The notes below the pieces were generated by a model. The model saw only the letters and a program-made list of their open reading frames with translations. It was not told the origin of the DNA and made no database searches. The position numbers were made by a program, and so were the translations under genes. From the NCBI GenBank assembly GCA_964247055.1, contig OZ176058.1, forward strand, positions 4,774,001 to 4,838,000: a stretch of 64,000 nucleotides of DNA, read 5' to 3'. This DNA is from Paragordius varius. Taxonomy: Eukaryota; Animalia; Nematomorpha. Positions 39,276 through 49,360 of this stretch are shown here, in pieces; position 1 is the first letter of the stretch, and every line of letters begins with the position of its first letter.

Positions 39276-42200
39276 CATTTACAGTTCGAATTTAACCTTA
39301 AACGATTCAATTTTCCCTTGAACAATTCGAATTCACCCTTGAACAATTCAAATTCACCCTTAAACAATTCAAATTCACCCTTAAACAATTCGAATTCACC
39401 ATCGAACATTTAAACAATTTAAATTTACTTTTGAACCATTCGCCTTGAATAATTTAAATTCACTCTTGAACAATTCATATTCAACTAAATAAATTAGTGT
39501 TTAAGATCAAAAATTACTCATATATATATTTTAAAAATTAAATTTCGTTTAAAATTAAAAATGAATTGTAAAAATAAGGAACTAAGCCACATAAAGATAT
39601 ATTTTATATAAATGATAAGTTATACTAGACTGAAATTTCATAATTTATATTTAGGTTGAATTTGAATTGTTCGAGGGTGAATTTTATTTGTTCGAGGGTG
39701 ATTTGAATTGCAAATGGTATATGTATAAAAGATTTATTTAAATAGATATATTAATATAATATATAAAATAATTTATGTTACATTTTAATTATTTTGAACT
39801 TAAACTATATAGAAACATTATATGTATATAAAATTAAACTAATGAAACCATTTTGAGATGGAATAATAATATATACCATTTACAGTTCAAATTCACCCTT
39901 AAACAATTCAAATTTACCCTTAAACAATTCAATTTCCCCTTGAACAATTCAAATTCACTCTCGAAAAATTCGAAATCAAATACCCTAAAATAAATTACTT
40001 TTTTTAAAATCAAAAACTACCTATATATATATACCATTTACAATTCAAATTCACCCTTAAACAATTCAAATTTACCCTCAAATAAAATATATGTTTTTTA
40101 AGATTAAAAAATTACCTATGTTATATATATTTTTTAAAAAAATAATAATGAAAAAAATAATAAACTATACCATAAACATTTCATATTAATAATGAATTAT
40201 ATTAGACTGAAATTTCATAATCTATTTTTACGGTGAATTTGAATTGTACATGGTATATATAAAAGATTTATTTAAATAAATATATATTAATATGATATAT
40301 TATAATTTATGTGAAATTAGAATTTTGATTTTAAACTATAGAAACATTATAAAAATTGTTGTATATATAAAATAAAACTAAAGAAACCATTTTGAAATAT
40401 GAATTCAAATTCACCCTTAAACAATTCAAATTCACCCTTGAACAATTCAAATTCACCCTTAAACAATTCAAATTCACCCTCGAACAATTCGAATTCGCCC
40501 TTGAACAATTCAAATCCAACCTAAATAATTCAAATTCGCCCTAAAATAAATTATGTGTTTTTTAAGATTAAAAATCACCTATATATTTTTAAAAATAAAA
40601 CTTGGTTTAAAATAATACTATAACATAATAAATTAAGCCACATAAATATAATCCAGATTAATGATAAGTTATAGACTGTAATTTCACAATTTATTTTTAG
40701 GGTAAATTTGAATTGTTCTAGGGTGAATTTGAATTGTAAATGGTATATTTTGATCATTAAGATGTGTGAAAAGATATATACCTTTTTAAAACATAATTGT
40801 GTTTTTTGATAAATTTTGTCGTTATAACCAAAAAAAATATTAAACTCTTTTTAGTTTACTTTTTATCAAATTTTTACTGAAAAACTAATATAAAAGGCAA
40901 ACAAACCTTATTTAGGATTTCCAGCCCCCAGAAAAAATACAGTAAAAATTGAAATTATACGGACAAAACGTGAAAATATAAAGACAATTATTTTTTTCAA
41001 AAAGACAACCATACTTTTTTAAACCTTATTTTTTATAAATATAACTTATTGTTTTATACTACAAAGTATGATATAGAAATGTAAATTGGTAACATAATTA
41101 AAAATGTATTTTACGATTGTAATTAAATGTTTTTTATAGGATAAAATTAAGATTTAAAAAGTATGGGGTTAAAAAAATTTTCTGTATATTTTTACATTTT
41201 GTCCGTATAATTTTAATTTTTACTGTAAATTTATATGTTAAAACAATAATTTTTTGACAAATATTTTTTATTATATCTTGTTGGAACAATTCACACCCTA
41301 AGAATTGAAATTATACGGACAAAACGTAAAAACATAAAGACAAATTTTTTTTTAAAAGACAACCAACCATACTTTTCAAAACTTAATTTATACTATATAA
41401 AAATCATTTATTTACGATTGTAAAATATATAATTGATTGTGTTACCTATATATTTATATCATAGTTTACAGTGTTAAAGAATAAATTTTATTTAAAAAAA
41501 ATCAAGATTAAAGTAAGTTTGTCTTTTAAAATATATATTTGTCTTTATATTTTTACACGCTTTGTCCATAGTATAATTTCAATTTTAATGTAATTAACCC
41601 TCCTAAAAATAAATTATATGTTTTCATAATAAGAATTATTTCTTTATAGTCATCAGTTTATCGTTCTTTTCAGTATTATGATATTATTAATTTTAAACGA
41701 AATTTTAGTTTTTTAAACTAATAATAAAAATATATAAAATATACGTAATTTATAATAATTAAATTAAATATGATTAATTTTAGGGTAAATTTGCGTTGTT
41801 AAAGGGTTAATTTGAATTGTTCAAGTGGGAATTTATATAGCTCAAAAGTGAATAATAATTGTTCAATGTGAATTGTTCAAGGGTGAATTTGAATTGTTTA
41901 AGGATAAATTTGAATGACGAAGGGTGAATTAAAATAGCTCAAGGGTGAATTTATAAAATAGTTCGAGAGTAAAATTGAAATAGTTAGAGAGTGAAATTTG
42001 AATTGTTAGGGGGTAAATCTGCATTGTTCAAGGGTGAAATGAATTGTTCAAGGGTGAATTTGAGTAAATTTGAGGTATAAATGTTATATATATAAAATAA
42101 ATAATAAATCTTTTAAAAAAACACAAGTCCATTCTTTTTAAGTCAAAATATAAATATCTTTTTACTTTTTTTACAAATTTTCCCTGTAAAATTATAAAAT

Positions 42201-44899
42201 AAAATTGTAAGCAAGCAAACTTCATTAACAATTTCAAATAAATTCTTTTAAAGTCAAAAAATATATGTCTTTTTAGTTTTTTTAAACCCCTCAAATTCCA
42301 GTAAAATTATAATAAAAAAGCAAGCAAACTTCATTAACAATTTCAAGTAAATTTTTAAAGTCAAAAAAAATACTTTTAATTTTTAAACCACCTTAAAATT
42401 TTTCCCTGTAAAATTATAATAAAAAAGGCAAGCAAACAAACCTCATTAACAATTTCAAGTAAATTCTTTTCAAGTCAAAAAATATTAAACTTTTTTAATT
42501 TTTTTCCCCCAAAATTTTTTCCAGTAAAATTATAATAAAAAAGCAAGCAAATAAACAAACCTCATTAACAATTTCAAGCCATCTAGGTTCCTCGTTCTGT
42601 TGATTTTCTATTATTGAATTTCCATTTTGTTGATTGCCATGATTTTTCTTTACCAGCCCATTTTGATGAGATTCATAAGTAGTTGGAAAATTCTTTATAT
42701 TAAATATTGAAATTAGTTTTTATATGAAAAAATAACCATACTTAATAAAAAAAATTTCAAAAAAGTATGATTGATGTCTTTTAGAAAATAATATTTGTCT
42801 TTATATTTTTACGTCGTGTCCGTATAATTTTGACTTTTACTGTAAATTCTGTTCAAATAAACTATGAATGTAAGTTTTGTTTGAAAAAAGGGTAAGGGGC
42901 TGGTTATCTTTAAGTTAAAAGAATATATTTGTCTTCATATATTAAAAATTGAAATTATACGGACAAACGTAAAAATATAAAGACAAATATTTTTTTCAAA
43001 AACAACCCCATACTTTTCAAACCTTAAGTTTCCCTTTATAAGCTATTTCAGACTTTTCAATATAAAATAATAAGTTATAATGAAAAATTAAGATCTAAAA
43101 AATATGGTTATCTTTAAGTTAAAACAAAATATGGTTGTCTTTATATTTTTACGTTTTGTCCGTATACATTAAATTTTTACTGTAAAATTTTGCTCAAATA
43201 AACTATGAATGTAAGTTTTCATCAAAAAAAACTCAAGATTTAAAAAATATAATTATTTTTAAGTTATTAAAAAATATTTGTCTTTATATTTTTACGTTTT
43301 GTCCGTATAATTTTGACTTTTACTGTAAAATTTTGCTCAAATAAATGAATGTAAGTTTTGTTTGAAAAAAAACAAGATTTAAAAAATATGGTTATCTTTA
43401 AGTTTAAAGAAAATATTTGTCTTTATATTTTTACCTTTTGTCCATAGTAAAATTTCATTTTTACTGTAAAATTTTGCTCAAATAAACTATGTATGTAAGT
43501 TTTGTTTCAAAAAACCTCAAGATTTAAAAAATATGGTTAACTTAAAGTTAAAACAAAATATTTGTCTTTATATTTTTACGTTTTGTCCGTATAATTTCAA
43601 TTTTTATTTTTACTGTAAAATTTGGCTTAAATTAACTATGAATGTAAGTTTTGTTTCAAAACACCTCAAAATTTAATAGTTAATTTAAAATAAGTTAAAA
43701 AAAATATGGTTGAATTTATATTTTTACCTTTTGTCCGTATAATTTCAATTTTTATTAAACTCAAATTTGGCTTAAATAAACTATATATGTATGTAAGTTT
43801 TAATCAAAAAAAATCAAGATTAAAAAAAATGGTTATCTTTAAGTTAAAAGAAAATATTTGTCCTTATATTTTCAATCTTGTTTAAATTTTAATTTTTACT
43901 GAAAGTTTTTCATTTCTTTTTAGGCGATTTTTGGTTGTTTGATTGAAAGGCAAAAGGCCCATTTCTATGTCTTGTGATATTAAAGCACATTTTTCATCCA
44001 CATCATACTATGTTAAATGAATAAATATAAATAAAAAATTTATAAAATAAAGTTTAAAATATTATAAAAATAATTTTATTAATCAGTAAAATAAAAATTA
44101 TAACGAAAATAACTTTAAATTTTTTCGTTTTTTTCTATAAAATTATTTAATTAATTGAAATATTTAAAAAAAATGTTTTAACCGTATTAAACTAATATTT
44201 TTAGTTGTTATAAAAAATTAAAACTCAAAAGAAAATAAAAACTAAAATTTAACTAATACAGAAAACGAATATTTCAAACAGGATTTTATAAAGTATATAC
44301 TTACTGTGTTTTTTAAAATGTAATCGTCTGAAAAAAATAATTTTTGAAATTTCACGGATGGACTGATGTTGCGTTCTTTTTAACTTTTTAGGTTTTGTCT
44401 TTATATATTAAAAATTTACTGAATACTTCAATGAGCAAATCCAAAAAGGTGGAAATAGTGTTTATTATTTTAGAAAAATTAAAAAGTTATATTTTTTAAA
44501 TTATTAAAAAAATAATTTTATAAAGACAAATTTTACAAATCTCAAATCATAGTTTTTTGGATAAAGTATAATTAAAACCAAACTTTACGTTCAAAATTAT
44601 TTACAGATATCAGATAAGAAAATATTTTAAAGTTAAAAAATATGTTGTATTTCCCAACTTTTTATTTTTATCCTTATAGAGTATTTATCCTTTATTATAA
44701 AATAAATATTAACAAGTTAAACAGTGTAATTACCAACAATATAATTTATAACATAAAATTTTATTAAAAAGAGTTTATAAAAATAAATATTTACTCAAAT
44801 AAGTAAATTTACCGCGTCGTAAGATGATGGAAAAAATTTGGATTGGAGAGAATTGTTGCGCAATAAAATGAAAATATCAAATAAACCACGTGTAGCCAT
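30304..44899 (-). CDS. STX16: Syntaxin-16 (Tlg2-type Qa-SNARE), complete, 9 exons, about 428 aa (435 with the alternative exon 6 donor)
   Basis: Exons 44899-44813, 44007-43900, 42692-42561, 39229-39059, 37009-36811, 33271-33192 (or 33171), 32329-32162, 31226-31074 and 30492-30304, all GT-AG and phase-compatible. N-peptide MATRGLFDIFILLRNNS, PRW, Habc helices (LHVKKVSMPTLDD, LQHCQ, SFRRSQSTYLK), SNARE motif DQGSTLDRIDYSIE and a C-terminal TM segment. Confidence 0.95.
32447..32935. mobile_element. Foldback-like element with CCATTTAC termini and 21-bp subrepeats (ttgaacaattcaaattcaccc); family members at about 39280-40745, 41780-42060, 51370-51660, 54847-55600 and 61135-61400
   Basis: TA|CCATTTACAATTCAAAT...ATTGTAAATGG|TA, with a variable number of 21-bp units in each arm. 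Confidence 0.7.
33990..36810 (-). repeat. Satellite (17 units, about 160-190 bp) made of the last ~95 nt of STX16 exon 5, its donor and the proximal intron
   Basis: The anchor cctttaagataagtggattgac occurs at about 34015, 34223, 34381, 34503, 34662, 34838, 34998, 35090, 35277, 35472, 35658, 35831, 35968, 36129, 36312, 36475 and 36624. Confidence 0.95.
37040..39058 (-). repeat. Intron 4 satellite (about 150-170 bp units) with embedded copies of the STX16 exon 4 3' end; mirror array at 49532-50950
   Basis: Exon-end copies at about 37093, 37424 and 38617 (and 50640-50700); the units carry tattaCAG|GTAAAAatg in gene sense. Confidence 0.88.
40940..41225. mobile_element. Representative of the dominant ~285 bp MITE family (about 95 bp TIRs, CAGT termini, TA TSD); mirror copy at 48137-48419; dozens of full and partial copies in the window
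   Basis: TA|CAGTAAAAATTGAAATTATACGGACAAAACG...GTCCGTATAATTT.AATTTTTACTG|TA; dense clusters at 21.3-27.1 kb, 42.7-43.9 kb and 61.9-64 kb. Confidence 0.93.
42190..42560 (-). repeat. Three tandem copies of the STX16 exon 3 end plus donor
   Basis: aagcaa(a/g)caaac(c/t)tcattaacaatttcaag at about 42210, 42320 and 42432, versus the true junction at 42550-42580; a distal degenerate copy lies at about 40905 (mirror 48430). Confidence 0.88.
42770..43899. repeat. Tandem array (about 140 bp units) of one MITE arm plus spacer, filling STX16 intron 2
   Basis: ttttactgtaaaattttgctcaaataaactatgaatgtaagtttt repeats about 6-7 times. Confidence 0.85.
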
Positions 44900-44978
44900 T
44901 TACTTTTAGAACATATTTCTAAGAGTTAATAAAATATATACTCTAAATTCAAAGCCTACGCAATCGATAAAGTGTTTA

Positions 44979-45384
44979 ATGGCATGTGTAAATGTGCATG
45001 TAAATAAATTTTACTGAAATATATTTTACATCTGTGCTTTTTAATATTCAAAGGAAATAAAATATAAAAATATTTTTGAATTTTATTAATCTATTAAACA
45101 ATAATTTATTACTTTTTATTTGATATTTAATACTATCATTGAGTGTTCTGTACCAGTATATTTCTAATATAAATTTGTTACATAAAACCTTAATTAATAT
45201 TTTAAAAACAAAATTTTTGGTGTGATTTGATTGTTAAGCTAAATTCTTTTATTGAAGAAATTAATTTTGAAGTAGTTTGCAAGCATTGTGACACTAAAAG
45301 CCCTCTGAAACCTGCGGAGATTTATATCAAAAAATGTCTAAAAATTAAGGTTAATTTTTTAATACACAATGGGCTTAAATTGAT

Positions 45385-45442
<58 letters not shown>

Positions 45443-46150
45443 CAGTTACAAAAAATATCATAATGAAATACATATTTCAATAGGAAAAATATCAAAATTC
45501 TCATGCTTTTAATTTTGGTTACTAGGTATATTTAAGCTAATAACACATTTTTGGGTGATCCATACTAAAAAATGATAATTTCAGAATTTTGCAATAAATT
45601 TTTTTTATTAAGGTTAGATGCTTTATTCTAATATCATAAATCAATAAAATCAAAACAATATTTTCAAAATTTCAATAAAATGTGGGCTTTAAAAACAATT
45701 TTTTTGCTAAAAAACTCAAAAATGCCTATGTGGGGCAATAAAATATATGCAAAATTTTGACATATAAAATATATATAATAAATTCATACTTTAAAATTTA
45801 ATATTTGGTAAAAAAAATCAATTATACATAATTCTTTAGGCTTGATGGAAACGGCATAATAACGCTTTTAGATATTACAATAAACTTTTTCTACATAATT
45901 TAATCATGCTAAGCTTTTCCACAATCTCAGAATTTTGATTAAAATATTTGTTTGTATTAATTTTAAATATATATTATTTTGTATAAAAAATATCCATAAT
46001 TTAAAAAACGAACCATTTAAAATTCTGAAGCGATATAAATATTCAGAAATATCAAATTATATAAAAGTGTTATTATTATATCTGAAAGCGTTATATTTCC
46101 ATCAAGCCTAAAATAGGAGGAAGTACGACTTAACAAAATTTTACTTAACA
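44979..46150 (+). CDS. Candidate small gene divergent from STX16 (function unknown)
   Basis: Possible exons 44979-44999 (MACVNVH|gtaaat), 45239-45349 (LNSFIEEINFEVVCKHCDTKSPLKPAEIYIKKCLKIK|gttaat) and 46117 onward (aaatag|EEVRLNKILL), all phase 0. The last exon is interrupted by a TTAA MITE. No homology was recognised. Confidence 0.35.
45839..46108. mobile_element. 270 bp MITE with GGCTTGATGGAAA TIRs and TA TSD
   Basis: TA|GGCTTGATGGAAA...TTTCCATCAAGCC|TA. Confidence 0.8.
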
Positions 46151-46716
46151 CTTCGATTCAAATTGGGGTATTTAAATACCCCAGACAAATTTTAAATTAA
46201 TATTTAAAAAACTACTGAAGAAAACGGTCCCAATTTAAATTTATGCATCTATCCTGATAATTATTATATAAATTTGACAAAATAACTTGATAAAATTTTG
46301 TTTTGAAAAAAAGCTCCATCTCAAACTACTTCGACGACATTTTTATTTTACAAAATTTTTGCAAAATATCGTCTTTATTTAATTTTAAGGGTAAAATTAA
46401 ATTTTTTGTTTAAACTACATCTAACATTGATAGCGAAAAAAGCGGTTTGTTTTGTATTAATTATTAATTTTACCATTTCACACACGCATCACGTTGACGA
46501 AAGTTTTACCTTTAGGAATTAGCTTAAAATAAGTAATATCAAGTATTTTTAAATAAAATTTTTAATATAATTCGGTTCATTAATGATATATAAGTGTAAA
46601 ATTTTGCCATGGTTTCGATTCCTTCTTTTTAAAGTATTTGATTTTAAACAGGCCTGGGGTATCAAACTACCCCAATTTGACTTGAAGGACTAAAATGAGT
46701 GTGTTGTATCCAAGTG
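46149..46716. mobile_element. TTAA-flanked MITE (piggyBac-like target), copy A
   Basis: TTAA|CACTTCGATTCAAATTGGGG...CCAAGTG|TTAA, 568 bp. Confidence 0.88.
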
Positions 46717-47369
46717 TTAATTACGATAGTAAAATATATAATTGATTGTGTTACCTTATATACTCTATATCATACTTTACAGTTTTAAAGAATGAGTTAG
46801 ACGAAATATAAAAAGTATAATTGTTTTTTAGAAAAAAATATTTGTCTTTATATTTTTACGTTTTGTCCATAGTATAATTTCAATTTTTACGTAAATTCAC
46901 CCTCTAAATATAAATTATATGTTTTTAAGATTGATTAATAAGAATTTATTCTTTATAGCCATCAGTATTTCATTTTTTTAGTATTATGATATTATTAATT
47001 TTAAACGAAATTTCAGTTATCAAAATAATAAATAAAATATATAATATATACGTATTTTTATGATTTAATAAAAGATTGATTAATTTTAGGGTGAGATTTG
47101 AATTGTTTAAGGGTGAATTAAATTGTTCAAGTTCTTTCAATAGTTTTTAGATTTACCCCAATTTGATTTGAAGTGTTAACATCACAAAGTTGAACTTTAA
47201 GGGTTCTAACTTATTCAAATAATTTTAAATATATATTTTGATCAGGATAAATACAACGTGTTTTGACTTTACTTAGCATTATTTTTTATTTTTTCATATT
47301 TTATAGATTCAGAGAATACTTACGCACAAAACTATCAATATTTAAAAAATCAGCTCAAATTTTGTTTAA

Positions 47370-47940
47370 CACTTGGATACAACACACTCATTTTAGTCCT
47401 TCGATTCAAATTGGGGTAGTTTGATACCCCAGGCCTGTTTAAAATCAAATACTTTAAAAAGTATGGAAGGAATCGAAACCATTGCAAAATTTTACACTTA
47501 TATATCATTAATGAACCGAATTATATTAAATTTATTTAAAAATACTTGATATTACTTATTTTAAGCTAATACCTAAAGGTAAAACTTTCGTCAACGTGAC
47601 GCGTGTGTGAAATGGTAAAATTAATAATTAATACAAAACAAACCGCTTTTTCGCTATCAATGTTGATGTAGTTTAAACAAAAAATTTAATTTTACCCTTA
47701 AAATTAAATAAGGACGATATTTTGCAAAAATTTTGTAAAATAAAAATGGCGTCGAAGTAGTTTGAGATGGAGCTTTTTTTTCAAAACAAAATTTTATCAA
47801 GTTATTTTGTCATATTTATATAATAATTATCAGGATAGATGCATAAATTTAAATTAGGACCGTTTCCTTCAGTAGTTTTTTAAAAATATTAATTTAAATT
47901 TAGTCTGGGGTATTTAGATACCCCAATTTGAATCGAAGTG
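47370..47940. mobile_element. TTAA-flanked MITE, copy B, inverted relative to copy A; a lone terminus also lies at about 47133-47175
   Basis: TTAA|CACTTGGATAC...CCCCAATTTGAATCGAAGTG|TTAA, 571 bp; reverse complement of copy A with few differences. Confidence 0.88.
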
Positions 47941-49312
47941 TTAAATGATTTTTTATATAGTATAAATTAAGGTTCGAAAAGTATGGTTGGTTGTCTTTTA
48001 AAAAAAATTTTGTAATTATATTTTTACGTTTTGTCCTTCCGTATAATTTTAATTTTTAGGGTGAATCGTTCCAACAAAATATAATATCTAAAAAAAATTT
48101 TGCTAAAAAAATTTATTGTTTTAACACATAAACTTACAGTAAAAATTGAAATTATACGGACAAAATGTAAAAATATACAGACAAATATTTTTTTAAAAGA
48201 CCATACCTTTTAAAACCTTAATTTATCTATAAAAAAGCATTTTTTACAATCGTAAAATACATTTTTGATTATGTTACCATTTCTATATTATACTTTGTAG
48301 TTTAAAACAATAAGTTTTTATAAAAATCAAGATTAAAAAAGTATGGATGTTTGACTTTTAAAAAAAAATATTTGTCCTTATATTTTCACGTTTTGTCCGT
48401 ATAATTTCAATTTTTACTGTATCTTTCAGGGGGCTAGAAATTATGAATGAGGTTTGTTTACCTTTTATATTAGTTTTACAGTAAAAATTTTGTAAAAAGA
48501 GTATACTAAAAAGAGTTTAATATTTTTTGGTTATAACGACAAAATTAATCAAAACTTTTACGAAAAACATGATTTAAATAGCTCTATATATTTTTGTGTT
48601 ACAGATATTAATGATTCACATTCACCCTTGAACAATTCATATATTCACCCTAAAAAAATTTGTCTTTTCAGGCAGCTAATATAACTCATCAAAAAAATAT
48701 ATTCTTATATAATTTTTAAGCATAATTATGATTTTATATCTTTACCTTATTTTGATATATCGATCTCAAAACTAATTGTGGTTTCTTTTGATTAAATATT
48801 TTAACTTTTTGAAATTTTTAATTGTTATTTTTCGAATTGATGTTATACGGAAAATATAAAGACAAATATTTTTTCTTAAAAGTCAACCCTATACTTTTTA
48901 AAACCTTGTTATATCCTATAAAAATCTTTTAATTTCAATTGTAATTGATTATTCTACCAATTTACTTTTTTATTTCATACTTTACATTTCAAAACAATGA
49001 GTTAAGGTTTTAAAAATATCGTTTTAAAAGTATGGTTTTTTTTAGTAAAAAATATTTGTCCTTATATTTTTATTACATTTTATCCGTATAATTTAAGTAT
49101 ATAACATAAAAATTAGGAATAGAGAATGAAATTTGAGCGTATCAATTATACCACTTACAGTAGAAATTCACCCTTAATTCACTCTTGAACAAATCAATAT
49201 ATTTATAGTTTTTGAAAATAAATATTTTATTTTTTCTTTTAATTTTAATCTCAAAACTAATTGTTCTTTTGATTAAATATGTTCTTTTAATAAATTTTTT
49301 ATTTTTCAAATC

Positions 49313-49349
<37 letters not shown>

Positions 49350-49360
49350 TCGATTTCAAG

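Larger units (their letters stand above)
26915..41830. repeat. Left arm of a large inverted segmental duplication
   Basis: Anchors that pair as reverse complements: 27165/63745, 29410/63470, 30304/62567, 31074/60908, 32162/55874, 33271/54516, 37009/51808, 39229/49361, 41280/48075. Confidence 0.95.

Noticed and set aside
44300-44395. Relatively GC-rich patch in STX16 intron 1 ending in CA|gtaagt as an extra exon
   Set aside because: All nearby acceptors give lengths (71, 79, 94 nt) that break the frame between two phase-0 exons.
44822-44910. Plus-strand frame DDGKNLDWRELLRNKMK with an 18-21 nt intron
   Set aside because: Antisense of STX16 exon 1, which matches the known N-peptide.
45239-45349. 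CKHCDTKS as a DNL/Zim17 or Rpp21 zinc finger
   Set aside because: Only one CxxC is visible and the downstream spacing does not match; left unassigned.
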